Shown in pieces: positions 35,656 through 52,190 of a stretch of 64,000 nt of DNA (position 1 is its first letter; each line of letters begins with the position of its first letter). The notes under the pieces were generated by a model. The model searched no databases. It saw only the letters and a list, made by a program, of their open reading frames with translations, and was not told the DNA's origin. The translations under genes were made by a program, and so were the position numbers. This DNA is from the human T2T-CHM13v2.0 reference genome, Homo sapiens. Where the stretch lies: the NCBI RefSeq assembly GCF_009914755.1, contig NC_060932.1; one strand, 5' to 3'.

Positions 35656-36661
35656 TGGCTCTTCGGGACCTTCCAGTCTATGGGTGAGGGCAGTAAAGCA
35701 GGTAAAAGGCGCAGATCACAGATGGTAGCTGATGGCGGGGCTGCGGCGAGAATAAAGCAGCAGAGGGTGGGAGGCGCCGAAGGGGCTGCTATTTTGGAGG
35801 GTGGTGGGGGAGGCCTCAGTGAGGTGCGGGTGAGCAGAGCCTGCAGAGACAGGATGGCTGGGGGAAGAACATTCCAGCAGGGGGAGGAGCAGACGGGGTG
35901 AGGCTTTCTCCCAACCCTCCCACGTTCCGGGAGGAGAAGGTTTTATTAGCTTATTAGGAAAGATTCATGCATTTTGCATGGTTGAACTGAATAAAAAAGG
36001 AACTTCGTGCACATTTGAATTCGGAGGCAAGATGAGAAGAAGTGGCATTTTTTTTAAGTGACTTGCCTTGGGGAGAGCTGTTAAAACTGACAAATTGCGT
36101 GACGCACATCATAATACAAACAAATGAAAAGAGTTGGCCCCAGCGGTTTTTAGACTTGCTTATTGGATTTTTGGAAATATGACCTGGTGCAGAGGGAAGA
36201 CGAAGGCAGGCAGCCCTACTGAGGCCAGAATACGGTGGGCCGGGGAGCGGGCAACTGGCCATGATGTCAGCCTGAGCATGTGCTGAGGACCAATGAGATG
36301 CCCAAGAGGGCATGGAAAGGCATCTGCCCCATGGGTGAGCCCAGTTCGCCTCTGCATGGACATGCTGTGTGGCCCAGGGGAAGCCTCTGACCCTCTCTGA
36401 GCCTCAGTTGCCTCATCTGTAGAGCAGGGACAACGACATTCATCTCGAGTCCTCGCAGGAAACCCACTGGGGTAAGATGTGGCTCACTGCATGGGTGCTT
36501 TTGGTAACTGCTGTCCCCTTGAGGTCGCTGTATGGCAGTGACACTAAGTATCTCTACTGCCAAGCACCGTCAGGTGACGGGTAAGTGGGACGAACACCTG
36601 TCTGCAGGTGCTGCCCACAGCCCCTGTGGCCCTGGCCATGGATGGGGCTCAGGTTCATGAC

Positions 36662-37188
36662 TGTTGTGGGTTGAACTGTGTCCCCCCGAAAAGAGATATA
36701 TTGAAGTCAACCAACGGTACCTGTGACTGTGACCTTATTTGGAAAGAAGGTCTTTGCAGATGTTATCAAGTTGAGGTCGTTAGGGTGGGGCCCTAACCCA
36801 GTGATTGGTATCCTTATAAGAAGGGGAAATTTATTCAGATGCTGAATTTAACTGTTCAACTGCTGAACCACTCAACAGACATGAACGAAAGCTTAATTCT
36901 GACAGAGCTGGAAAAAAAAAGGAGGAAATTTAAACACTGGCACACAAGGGAAAATGTCAGGTGACCACAGGGGCAGAGATGAGCGTGGTGCAGCCTCAGG
37001 CCCAGGAACACCCAGCGTGGCCATGAGACACTGGGAACCGGAAGCAGTGAGGAAGGCCCCCGCAGGTTTCAGGGGAGCACGCCCTGGTGACACCTTGGTT
37101 TTAGACTTCTGGCCTCCAGCACTGGGAGATGTTGCTTTGAGTCCGTGGGGTATGCGTCTTTGTTACTGTGCTCTATGAGGCTAACACA
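36662..37188 (+). mobile_element. MLT1 (ERVL-MaLR) solo LTR, interrupted by the snoRNA retrocopy
   Basis: Typical TGTTGTGGGTTGAACTGTGTCCCC start, GTGACCTTATTTGGAAA, GACTTCTGGCCTCCAG, and CTAACACA end. Confidence 0.85.
36833..36907 (+). ncRNA. SNORD5: Retroposed copy of box C/D snoRNA SNORD5 (28S rRNA methylation guide), probably non-functional
   Basis: Closely matches the SNORD5 sequence as I recall it. C box is degenerate (ATGCTGA 36839-36845). D' CTGA (36863-36866) is preceded by TGTTCAACTG, complementary to 28S CAGTTGAACA. D box CTGA at 36899-36902. A-tail at 36912-36920 and flanking imperfect duplication. Confidence 0.85.
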
Positions 37189-37264
37189 GTCTTTGCCCTC
37201 GGATGCCTGCGGAACCCTATGTGTGTCTGGCCAGGCCAGGAGGCCTGGGAGGCTCTAGTCTTAC

Positions 37265-37446
37265 CTTTGGGGGCTGGGCACGGCCGCCTCCTGGGCTTGC
37301 TGCTTGGGCTAGGGCTCGCTGGGCAGGTTCAGCTCCAAGACATAGTGCATCTGGGTGAGGAGGGCCAGGAAGAGCTTGGGGTAGCCCTCCTGCACGGCCT
37401 GCTTGAACTCCCGGGCAAACTGCAGCTCGTGCAGCATGTTCATGGC
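37265..37446 (-). pseudogene. MROH5: MROH5 exon with in-frame premature stop (AMNMLHELQF...LNLPSEP*PKQQAQEAAVPSPQ)
   Basis: CAG acceptor, GTAAGA donor, 182 nt; codon 46 is TAG (plus-strand CTA at 37309-37311). Confidence 0.9.
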
Positions 37447-38946
37447 CTGTCGGGGGCAGGCGTGGAGTGAGGCTCCCAGGCCCTGGGTCCCGGGACCAGG
37501 GGTTCTGACCTACTGTCCCACAAAAGCCACGTCCAAGCATGCTCGTCCCTCCCTGCTGCAAGCTCTCCAGGACCAAGTCCAAGTGTCCACATGCTGTCCC
37601 TCCCTGTGGGGCCTGACCCCGTGCCTCTGCAGACTCAGCCTGGCCGTCTCTTGCACCCTCTGGACCCACCGCTTGGGTCTCGCTGCTGCTGGATGGCCTA
37701 GTGGTCCCCAGCCTCCCCTAGCTGTCCACCTGGATGCTGTCCGCTCTACACTCCTGCAGACCTCCACCTTGACCCAGGGCCTCCCTCAGACCGCACACTG
37801 GATGCCACCATCTGCCCTCTGCACTTTGCTCCTGTCTAAGGGGTGAGCTGCTGGCGTCTGGGCCCTCTGCTCTGCTGCCTTGAAGGCAAGGTCCTGTGCT
37901 GTGTGGTCTCACGGTACCCTCAGCTCTGTGGCTGGCACACAGCAGGGCCTGATGCCTGGGAATTGGGGAACCCATGGCCCTGGAAGGCAGAGTCAGCTGA
38001 TAGCAGCCCCCAACCCCAAAGGCCGAATGTGCCTGCCGGAGCCTTCAGTCCAGAATGTTCTCAGGGTGGGGCCAGCACTGAGCAGTGACAACTGGGGGGA
38101 GGGCAGGAACTGGCGGTGTGGTGGGGTGCAGGGAAGGCTCCCCTGCTACCCCTGGGTGGGTCTCACCCATGCTGCTGTGTGGTCCTCTGGTAGGGGGGCA
38201 GCATCAGCCCAGGGCCAACCGGGGCGGGGCTGTTGGGGATGGCCAGCTGATAAATCCCCAGGCCGAGGGGGTGCTCTCCCACCGGCTGCTATTGTTAAGC
38301 CCTCATCACACCTCTGCTGCAGGCAGCAGCTTGTCTGGGGGGCTCTGGGTGGTAGGGGAGCTGCTGTGAGCTCTGGGCCACTGCTGGGGTGCCTTTGGGG
38401 CAGGGACTCAGCCTGGAAAGCTCTAAACAGGAACACAGCTGTGGCCTCATCAGGGTCCAGGTAAGGGGGACAGGTGTGGCCATGCCAGGAGGGGAGCTCC
38501 TGGCTCCTGGGAGTGTGGAAGCAGTGCTGGGCTTATGAGGAAAACCAGGGGCTTCCTACAGGGGGTGGCGGCTGCAGAGGGCAGCCTCTAAGATTCCTCT
38601 AGAATCTATGACTCCCCAGAACCCAAGCATGGGGAGGGTTCTCAACTCTCTCCACACCCTTCCCTATACCTGAAGCCCCTCTCTGAGGCCGCCCCACAGT
38701 GAGTGAGTGAGTTCCCTTGCCAGCCCAGGGGACTGACACGACTGTCCTGATTCACAGACAGGAGCTCACAGCCCTCGGCTAGGAGGTGGGAGCTGGGCCT
38801 GTGTGGTCAGCCCTGGGCGGCTTTCCTCCAGGCTGGGGCTGGACTGGGTGTCTGCAGCCTGGATATGGGGTGCCCCCCTACAGCCCGGCACAGAGTGAGT
38901 GCCCGAGGTGCTGCCAGTATTTGATGGGGCGGTGGCAGAGACTCAC

Positions 38947-39106
38947 AGCCAGCAAACGCAGGTAGGTCTTCTCCTTGGGGCAGGGGCTGCTGTCGCTGGC
39001 ACCGGTGGGCAGGGGTCGCTCCTGCAGACAGGCCAGCAGTGTGGTCAGCACCAGGTGGCTCGTGGGCTGCTCAGCCCCCAGGGCCCTCCACAGCTGGAAG
39101 GTGTGG
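38947..39106 (-). CDS. MROH5: MROH5 exon (HTFQLWRALGAEQ...YLRLLA)
   Basis: CAG acceptor, GTGAGT donor, 160 nt. Confidence 0.9.
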
Positions 39107-40559
39107 CTGTGGGCAAAGAGGGCATGTGAGGGCAGTGCTGCCACCGAGGCCTGGCTGGGCTCAGCCACATGAGCAGGCCACCATCACCAGGGCCTGGGTG
39201 CCTGGAACAGCAAACTTAGGCTGGGCCCTGAGCTGGACCCTAGTGGGATGGGGCTCAGGGCAGATACGAGCATTGCAGGTTGGTGTGGGAGGGGCCCAAG
39301 GCGGGGGCTGGACAGGAGGCCCCTGGTCCCTGCCTGTGGTCTCACATCCACACCAGCCCCCTCCTGGATCTCCCCGCTTTCAAGGTCTCTCCGCCAGCTC
39401 CTCACTCATACTGGAGGTTTCCTAATGTGCCCTGTCTCCCAACTGCTTGTCATCTTCCCTGGCTCCCAGGTCCTGTAGACCACAGCCCCAGCCGGCACTC
39501 AAAGTCACGGCCTCCAAGCTCTCTGATCTCTGACCTCCAGCCCCTGCCTGTCCTTCCCTTCCTCTGGGCCCCCACATGTGCAGGCCTGGTGTTTAGAGCA
39601 CTCCTTGTCCCTGACTAATTCCCCCTCAGCCCTTAGGGCTCACCCCAAAGTCACTTCCCTCTGGAAGCCTTCCCTGACTACTCCCTCCTAGTCCGGGTTT
39701 GCTGGGGCCCAGCTCCTCAGCTGGGTCCTCACTAGCATGAGCACAGTGCTTCACAGTTTGTAGAGTGCCCATTTTGCAGATGGGGCCACTAAGGACCGGA
39801 GAGAGGAGACCTGTCCTGATCAAGGCCCTGTCTTGGAACTGGGGATCCTGGAGGCCAGGGCTGTCCAGTCCTGTGGCCTTTCCATGGTTCCATGGGGCAT
39901 GGCTCGGTGAGGCCTGGAGGGAAGGAAGGGACAGCTGGGTTGCCCTGAGATGCTGGTGACCATGATGGCCCTGTTTACTGCCCTAAATGGTCTTAGGGTC
40001 TGAGTGTTGGGTGGAAGGGGTTCGAGGGGCAGGAGGGCCCCTGGCATGAGGAGGCTGGGGCTGCAAGGACCACAGAAGGGTGGCTCCATGCGCTCCCACC
40101 CCTGCTTTAAGACAGACTCAAGGGTGGCTCTCCTTAAAACCCTGGGGAAGCCACTCCAGGACCATCTGACCCTTGGCTAGGTGGGCACGACAGCTCGGAG
40201 GACTCTGTGAGTTTCCACCTAGCCGGAAAGAGCCGGGCCTTTGGAGTCAGAAGGGTCTAGGCTCAGACCCCTTCTCTGCCCCAAGCTGGCTGTGTGACCT
40301 TGGGGGAGTCACTTAACCCCTCTGAGCCTTGGATTCCTGGCCGCAGAGTAGTGGGCAATGCCTGCCTCAAGAGGCTTAAGCGGGAGGATTCTCCCCGAGC
40401 GAGCGTGCATGCCCAGAGGGTGGGTGTTTCTATTCTGCTGCCTGCGGGCCTGCCCCCCAGTCAGCAGGTGTGAGCCGAGCGCCACTGCATGCAGACAGTG
40501 TCCCGGGGACCAAGTAGTGGCGGAATCGGCAGGAGTCCCCGGCCTCCTGTGCATGACAG

Positions 40560-41700
40560 CCTCACGGGGACACAGCAGGAAGCACAGTGTGCCGGATGCT
40601 CAGTGCTGCTTGAGAGAAAAAAGCAGCGTGGGGGGCGGGGGAGAGTCTGGGTGCCTTCGGTTTCAGACAGGGCAGTCGGGGACACATCCCCTGAGAAGGG
40701 GGCACTTGAGCAAAGCCCTGAGGATATCGGGAGGGAGCCAGGCAGCGATGCGGGGGAGAGAAGCTTCCAGAGAGACAGCCCTGAGACAGCTCAATCCTGG
40801 TGTGTTCAGGGGACAGAAAGAAAGGCCAGTGTCATTGGGGTGGAGTGGGGAGGGGAGAGGAGGATAGGAAGACGGTGATATCATCGGGGCCACAGCACGA
40901 CCTTGATGGCTGCTGTGGAGGCTTTGAATGAGATGGGACCACTGGAGGATTTTACGCAGAGACGTGGCATGGGCCTACGTGTGTTCTTCAAGGACGGGGG
41001 GGTGGGCGACTGGAAGTGGGCAAGTCACTGCAGGTGAGAGCCGGTGGTGTCCTGGACTAGGGTGGTGGCAGCGGGGGCGGGACACAGGCAGAGGTGGAGC
41101 TGGCAGGGTTTCCTAGGGGATGGGATGTGGGTGTAGAGGAGTCGGATGGCATCAAGAATTCCAGCCTGAGATGCTGGGAGCACAGAGTCACCAGCGGTGA
41201 CATGGGGAAGCCTGCAGGAGGGGCAGGTTGGGGGAGGCCAGGGGTGTGGCCTGGCTGGGTCAGTGGGAGACGCCTGTGTGACATCCAAGGGCTGCCGTCA
41301 GGGGGTTAGGGGAGAGGCCTGGGCCAGAGGTGTCAGTATTTAGGGGATATTTGAAGCCACGGGAATGGAGGTGGTCACTGTGAAACTGAGTGTAGCTGAG
41401 GAGGAGGATCAGGGGTCAGCCCTGTGGCCTCAGGGCTATGAAATCTGGGAGATGAGGAGGAGCCACTGGAGGAGGCTGAGCGGGAGTGGCCGGGGAGGTA
41501 GGAGGAGAACCGGGGAGGGCAGCGTTCCCAGGAGGAGAGAGTCACTGGCTGAGTCAAATTCTGCTGACAGGTCACATAAGGTGGGGACAGAGAATGGACT
41601 ATTGGACCTAGTGACGTGAGGTTACTGGTGACCTTGACGAGAACCATTTTATTGGAGCAGCAGTGGACAAAGTCTGGTTCATGTGGGTCTAAGAAGGAAT
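40560..41700 (-). mobile_element. Ancient L2 fragments
   Basis: L2-like phrases (GAGCCACTGGAGG, GTCAAATTCTGCTGA, TTGGACCTAGTGAC...GGTGACCTTGACGAGA). Boundaries approximate. Confidence 0.55.
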
Positions 41701-41704
41701 GGGA

Positions 41705-42672
41705 GCTACAAGTCACAACCCAAAGACAAACAACCCAACTCCAAAGTGGAGAAAGGGCTTGAAGAGGCATTTCTCCAAAAAAGATAGACAAATGGCCAAT
41801 AAGCACATGAAGAGATGCTCAGGGGAACACAAATCAAAATATGTCACTTCACACCTCCTAGGATGGCTACAGCCCCAAGATGAGAGACACCAAGTGCTGG
41901 TGAGTATGTGGAGAAACAGAAACCCTGGTACTTTGCTGGTGAAAATAGAGAATGGTGTAGTTGCTATGGAAAATGGTACGGCAGTTCCTCAAAAAGCTAA
42001 ACATAGTACGGCCACATGGCCCAGAAACTTCACTCCTAGGTACACACCCAAAATAACTGAGAGAAGGGTCTCGAACATGCTGGTATGCCAGTGCTGACGG
42101 CATCGTTATTCATGACGGCCCAAAGGTGGAGGCAACCCGAGTGTCCGTCAACAGATGAATGGATAAATAAAATGCGGCCTACCCGTGCAGTGGACTATTA
42201 TTCAGCAATGAAAAGAAATGAAGTTCCGATACATGCTACGGCATGGATGAACCTTGAAAACATTAGGCGGAGGGAAAGAATCCAGACCCGAAAGGACAAA
42301 TATTATATCATTCCACTTACATGAAATGTCGAGAACAGCCAAATTCATAAGACAGAAAGTAGATTAGAGGTTATCAAGGGCTATGGGGAGGGGAAGATGG
42401 GGAATTATTATTTAATAGTTACACAGCTTCTGTTTGGAGTGATAAAAAAGTTTTAGAATTAGACAGTGGTGATAGCTGTGCAACAATTGCAAATATAATT
42501 AATGCCACTGAATCATACACTTAAAAGTGAATAAAATGACAAAGTTTATATTATACATATTTTACTACCATTAAAAATAATGTAATATGCCAAACCCATT
42601 GAATTGTACACTTTAAATGGCCAAATTGTAAAGTATGTGAGTTATATCTCAATAAATCTGTTTTTTAAAAAA
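41705..42672 (+). mobile_element. L1M (L1MB-like) 3' fragment
   Basis: ORF2 end ([19 protein letters not shown]; STDEWINKM), 3'UTR, AATAAA and A-tail. Confidence 0.88.
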
Positions 42673-42778
42673 AGGAATGAGAAGACTTCTTCATCCTCCA
42701 GTAGGGGTGCACTAAGCTACTTGAATCAGCTCCTCCATTGAAAACAACTATAAAGGTTGGAGAAAATATAAACATGTA

Positions 42779-43071
42779 GGCTGGGCATGGTGGCTCACAT
42801 CTGTAATTCCAGCACTTTGGGAGGCAGAGGTGGGTAGATCACTTGAGGTCAGGAGTTCGAGACCAGCCTGGCCAACATGGTGAAACCCCATCTCTACTAA
42901 AAATACAAAAATTAGGTGTGGTGGCACATGCCTATAATTCCAGCTACTTGGGAGGCTGAGGCAGGAGAATAGCTTCAACCCAGGAGGCAGAGGTTGCAGT
43001 GAGCCGAGATTGCGCCATTGCTCTCTAGCCTGGGTGATGAAGTGAGACCCTGTCTCAAAAAGAAAAGAAAA
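42779..43071 (+). mobile_element. AluS element
   Basis: GGCTGGGCATGGTGGCTCAC... dimer with A tail. Confidence 0.95.
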
Positions 43072-43549
43072 CATAAACAAGGGTCCTGAGAGTATTAAAG
43101 AGATGACAAGACTGTAAGAAACTGCAAGGCCAACATGTGGGGAATATGATGACCCTGAGGGGTTGGGAGCAGGAAAGCTACTGATGCCTTGGGGGCATCT
43201 GACAATTCTGGAAAATTAGATCCTTTGTTCTGACAGCCTTGTGGGATGAAGGGACAGAGACCTAAGCTCACAGACTGCACAACATGGTTAATCTCATAGG
43301 AGACCCTTGGCCACTTTCAGACTGGTGCCTAAGCAGGTGTGAAAAACCCAAGCAAATTTCAGCCACGTTTGAATTGAATGGGGGCATCCAGGGAATCTGA
43401 AGCACTGGATTTGGCTTAAGGTAATCACGGGCTTACCTTAGGTATCCTTAGGTGCTTGGCAGAGCAAAGACAAGTTGTTTTTGTTGGAGGAAAATACCTT
43501 AATTGTGGGCCCCAAATCATTCCTACATTTTTTTTTCCCAAAAACAACA

Positions 43550-46545
<2,996 letters not shown>

Positions 46546-48364
46546 ACCCAAGCCAAACAACAGAAGAATATTGGAAGACTACATATTGTACAATTCTGTT
46601 TATACTTTTAGGACACACCCCACCATGATTTCACGTATTTCTAAGAAAGAAAAAATGGCCAAGATGGGAGTCTTATAGGAGACCCCAACATAGAGCTGGG
46701 ACCCAAAGGTCTGCATGTACGGTTTAAGGGTGATCGAAATAAACAAACAAAACTCGGCCCTGCAGAAAGAAAAATCGAGAAAACTGTCATGCTTCAGTCA
46801 GCACACTGGGTGGAAGTGGGAAGGGGTACGGATGTCCTGAGGATTTGAACCCAAACCTCTTTGGATGCCTGAATTCACACCAATGTGGCCCAATAAAATC
46901 TCAAGCAGAGACTTTTAAATTGAAAGTGGTCTCAAACTAACAGTGCCCCCAGGTGCCTGGCAGAAAACTATATAAATCCAGGGGTAAGGCACCATCAATG
47001 AAAAATGCACCCTGATTTCATAAATGTTAAAATGTAAAAAAAAATGCTTCTTAGAATTGAGGAAATAAGATAAAAATTCCAATACATAAAATAGAACCGT
47101 AAACTTCTAGGTAGCTGAAGACGATGCCTGTTGCCTAGGCCTCCACCTCCCAAAATTTCCTTGAGATACAACAGAAAAACAAGAAGGGAAATAAAAATGC
47201 ACAAAAACTATGACTCCAGTGCAAATTCAGAGAGTTCCCAAACTTCAAAATTAAGCACAAAGAGAAGAGTATCAACCTTAGCATGAAATCTCTACTGCTC
47301 CCACCCTATCCCGTTCTACCATAAGGCTTTGATAAAGGCAGGCTGAGAGAAACTGAGGGGAAAGAGGGAAGGGAGGAGTTAGCAACAGGGCTTGAGATTG
47401 ATATAAAGCCTAAAGCACCTTCTAGAAGACTAAGTCCACCCTAAGTCTTAAAAAAAAAAAAAAAGTTCAAGTGTCAGAGCCCCAATCACATAGCAGTGAC
47501 TTAAAAGTCTACCTGCTTTGGAGGGCGGTCTTCAAAATGCACAGATTTTGGGAAAGGAAAGGGCAAAAAAAGAAAGCAGAGGTATCCTTTGGAGATTAGG
47601 TGGTGATAGGGAAAGAGGTAAAAGGGAAAAATGTACGGCCCTGCAATAGAAATGGAACCAAAACATTGGAGGATCCATAATCCTTTTGCTTACCACCCAA
47701 ACAGTCTATTAAATTATCTGGACTTTGCTGTATTGACAGAAGAGGGTGCCATTGAACTTAAAATCATATAAAACACGCAAAGAACACAAACATGAACAGG
47801 AACAAAATGAACAGATCCATAGAATTATTGTAAAAAATGAGAAAACAAAAATCAGCACACACAAAATAAGGAACTCCCCCTGGAAAAAAATCACGATGCA
47901 GGAAAAAAACCCTAAGACAACATTCATTCTACGTGTCATTACATATGCTCAAATAAGCATTTAAAAATGTGAAAACTACCTTGAATTATGAGTTCAAAAA
48001 AGGACAAAAAAATCCAACAGGATCTGAAAAGAGAGTTGATTGACTTCAGGAAAGAAATGGATGAGATGAAAAAATTATCTCAGAAATGAAGGAAGAGTAC
48101 AAGGTGTCCAAGAGAGATAAGACTCAAATGATAATTTAATAAGGTGCATTTAGGAAAACAAGAAAAGCAACCAAGAGAATGAAAGTGAATTTAAGAAAGA
48201 GTAAAAGGGGTCAGAGGGAAAGTAGTGAAAATGGAAGACAGGAGGAATAGCATTTGTATTACTGGAGTCCCTGAGGAAGAAAAACAGCAATGGAACATGA
48301 CTAATATTTAAAACTGTAACCAAGAAAATTTTCCAAGAATAGCAACCTCAAAAAAATTTCAATT

Positions 48365-50118
<1,754 letters not shown>

Positions 50119-50678
50119 GATCTCAATCTACATAATCAAAGGAGGTACCAGGTGCCTGGGAACATTAACCCCGAATGATCAGCTCTGAGACATTTCCTAA
50201 CTAAATGATTAGATTTCAAAGATTACAAAAAAATCTTAAAGTCTCTGGGCAAAAAGAGCAAATAACTTACAAACGCCAAAAAAACCCCTATTGTCATTAA
50301 CTTTTAAAAAACAACGCAAGGCAACGATGCAACAGCATTTAAAAAATAATAAAAGAAAATGTGAACAAAGAATTTTATATCCAGCCAAACCATTCTTCAA
50401 ATAAAGAACTTTCAACATAAAAGAACCTAAAGAATTCTGAATCTTTTGGAGGATGAGCTTCTTCAGACTAAGATGACTGGAAAACTTCAGCCTAGGAACT
50501 GATGGTGTGCCTGTAAACACAAAGTATGGAGATGAGGGTAGAGCAGTAGAGTGTGAATGTTCAATGTTTTGACAAAGTACAAATATGTAACTGAAAAATG
50601 GGAGAAGGAGACAGAAAGAGGAAAATAGAACAATTTCACTAATTGTTGTGCAGAAAACAGGTGGGAATTAAAGAGTAT

Positions 50679-51112
50679 TGGGGTAGGAGGTGGGACACGG
50701 ATACAGGACCAAATTGACGACTAGCTATCACAGGGATAGGGCAGAAGCACCTTTCCATAAGGCACGCCCACTGGCGCGCCATGTCAGTTTACCATTGCCA
50801 TGGCTACACCAGGACGTTACCACCTCTTTCCATGGCAATGACCTGACGACCCTGAAGTTACCACCCTTTTTCTAAGAATTTCTGCATAACCTACCCCGTA
50901 ATTTGCACATAATTAACTGCAGAAGTGCCTCTGAGCTGCTCCTCTGGGCAGCCCTGCTCTGCAAGGAGCAGGCCTCTGCTGCTGCTGTGCAGGGCCGCTT
51001 CAATCAAAGTTGCTGTCTAACACCATGGGCTTGCTCTTGAATTTTTTCCTGGGCAAAGCTAAGAACCTTCCTGGGGTAAGCCCCACCTTTGTGGCTCACC
51101 TGCCCTGCATCA
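50679..51112 (+). mobile_element. ERV1 solo LTR (MER41-like)
   Basis: TG...CA termini, perfect 4-bp TSD GTAT (50675-50678 / 51113-51116), MER41-type GCCATGTCAGTTTAC...CCATGGC motifs. Confidence 0.8.
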
Positions 51113-51136
51113 GTATCAAATAAAAAGGATAAACCT

Positions 51137-51418
51137 GGCCGGGCACGGTGGCTCACGCCTATAATCCCAGCACTTTGGGAGGCCGAGGAGGGGGTGGATC
51201 ACCTGAGGTCAGGAGTTCAAGACCACCAGCCTGGCCAACATAGCAAAAGCCTGTCTTTACTAAAAATACAAAAATCAGCCAGGCGTGGTGGTGCACACCT
51301 GTAATCCCAGCTACTTGGGAGGCTGAGGCAGGGGAATTGCTTCAACCCAGGAGGCGGAGTTGCACTGAGCTGAGATTGCACCACTGCACTCCAGCCTGGG
51401 TGACAGGGCAAGACTCTG

Positions 51419-51462
<44 letters not shown>

Positions 51463-51477
51463 ACACACACACACACA
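51137..51477 (+). mobile_element. AluS element whose tail is a (CA)n microsatellite
   Basis: Alu dimer, (CA)~28 at 51420-51477, flanking duplication AAAG(G)ATAAACCT. Confidence 0.93.
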
Positions 51478-52190
51478 AAGATAAACCTGATGTTAAAGGG
51501 CTGAATAATAAAATGGGGACTAAGCGACTAAGGGCATTAAAATAAGTTAGGAGCACAAAGGTAACAACTAGGATGAAAATACATTTCCTAGATTAAAACA
51601 AAATTGAAGCTGAAGAGCAAAGAATGCACCTCTTGTAGAAAAAGAAACAGCAAATGTCATGAAATACACACAACTACAAAATGTCATGACAGACAAACAT
51701 ATCAATCGCATCAATATTGACAAGCTTCACTCACCTATTACAAAAGATTTTCAATTTGGATTACAAATCAGGACAAACTTTGTGCTGTATATAAGATGGA
51801 GACCTAAAACAAAGGGATTCCCAAAGGCTAAGATAAAGAAGTAGAGAAATGCATACTGGGCAAATGGAAAAATAAAAAAGCAGGTTAATGATTCTGAACA
51901 GACAGTAGAATTCAAGTCCCCAAAACATTAAGTGTGACAAAGCAGGGCATCTCAATAGTAAAAGTCACGGTTCATAAATATATAGAATACTTATGACTAT
52001 GTATGTGCCAAATAACATGGCAATCACCTTCACAAAGTAAAAGTCCAGGGATTGAAAGTATAGATAGAGACACACCAATGTTTCTTTAGTGAGACTTTAA
52101 CACACACTCAGTCCAAGACAGATCAAGAGGACAGAAATTAAGTACGTAGAAAACCTCGACAACACAATCAAGGTAAACCTTATACATATA

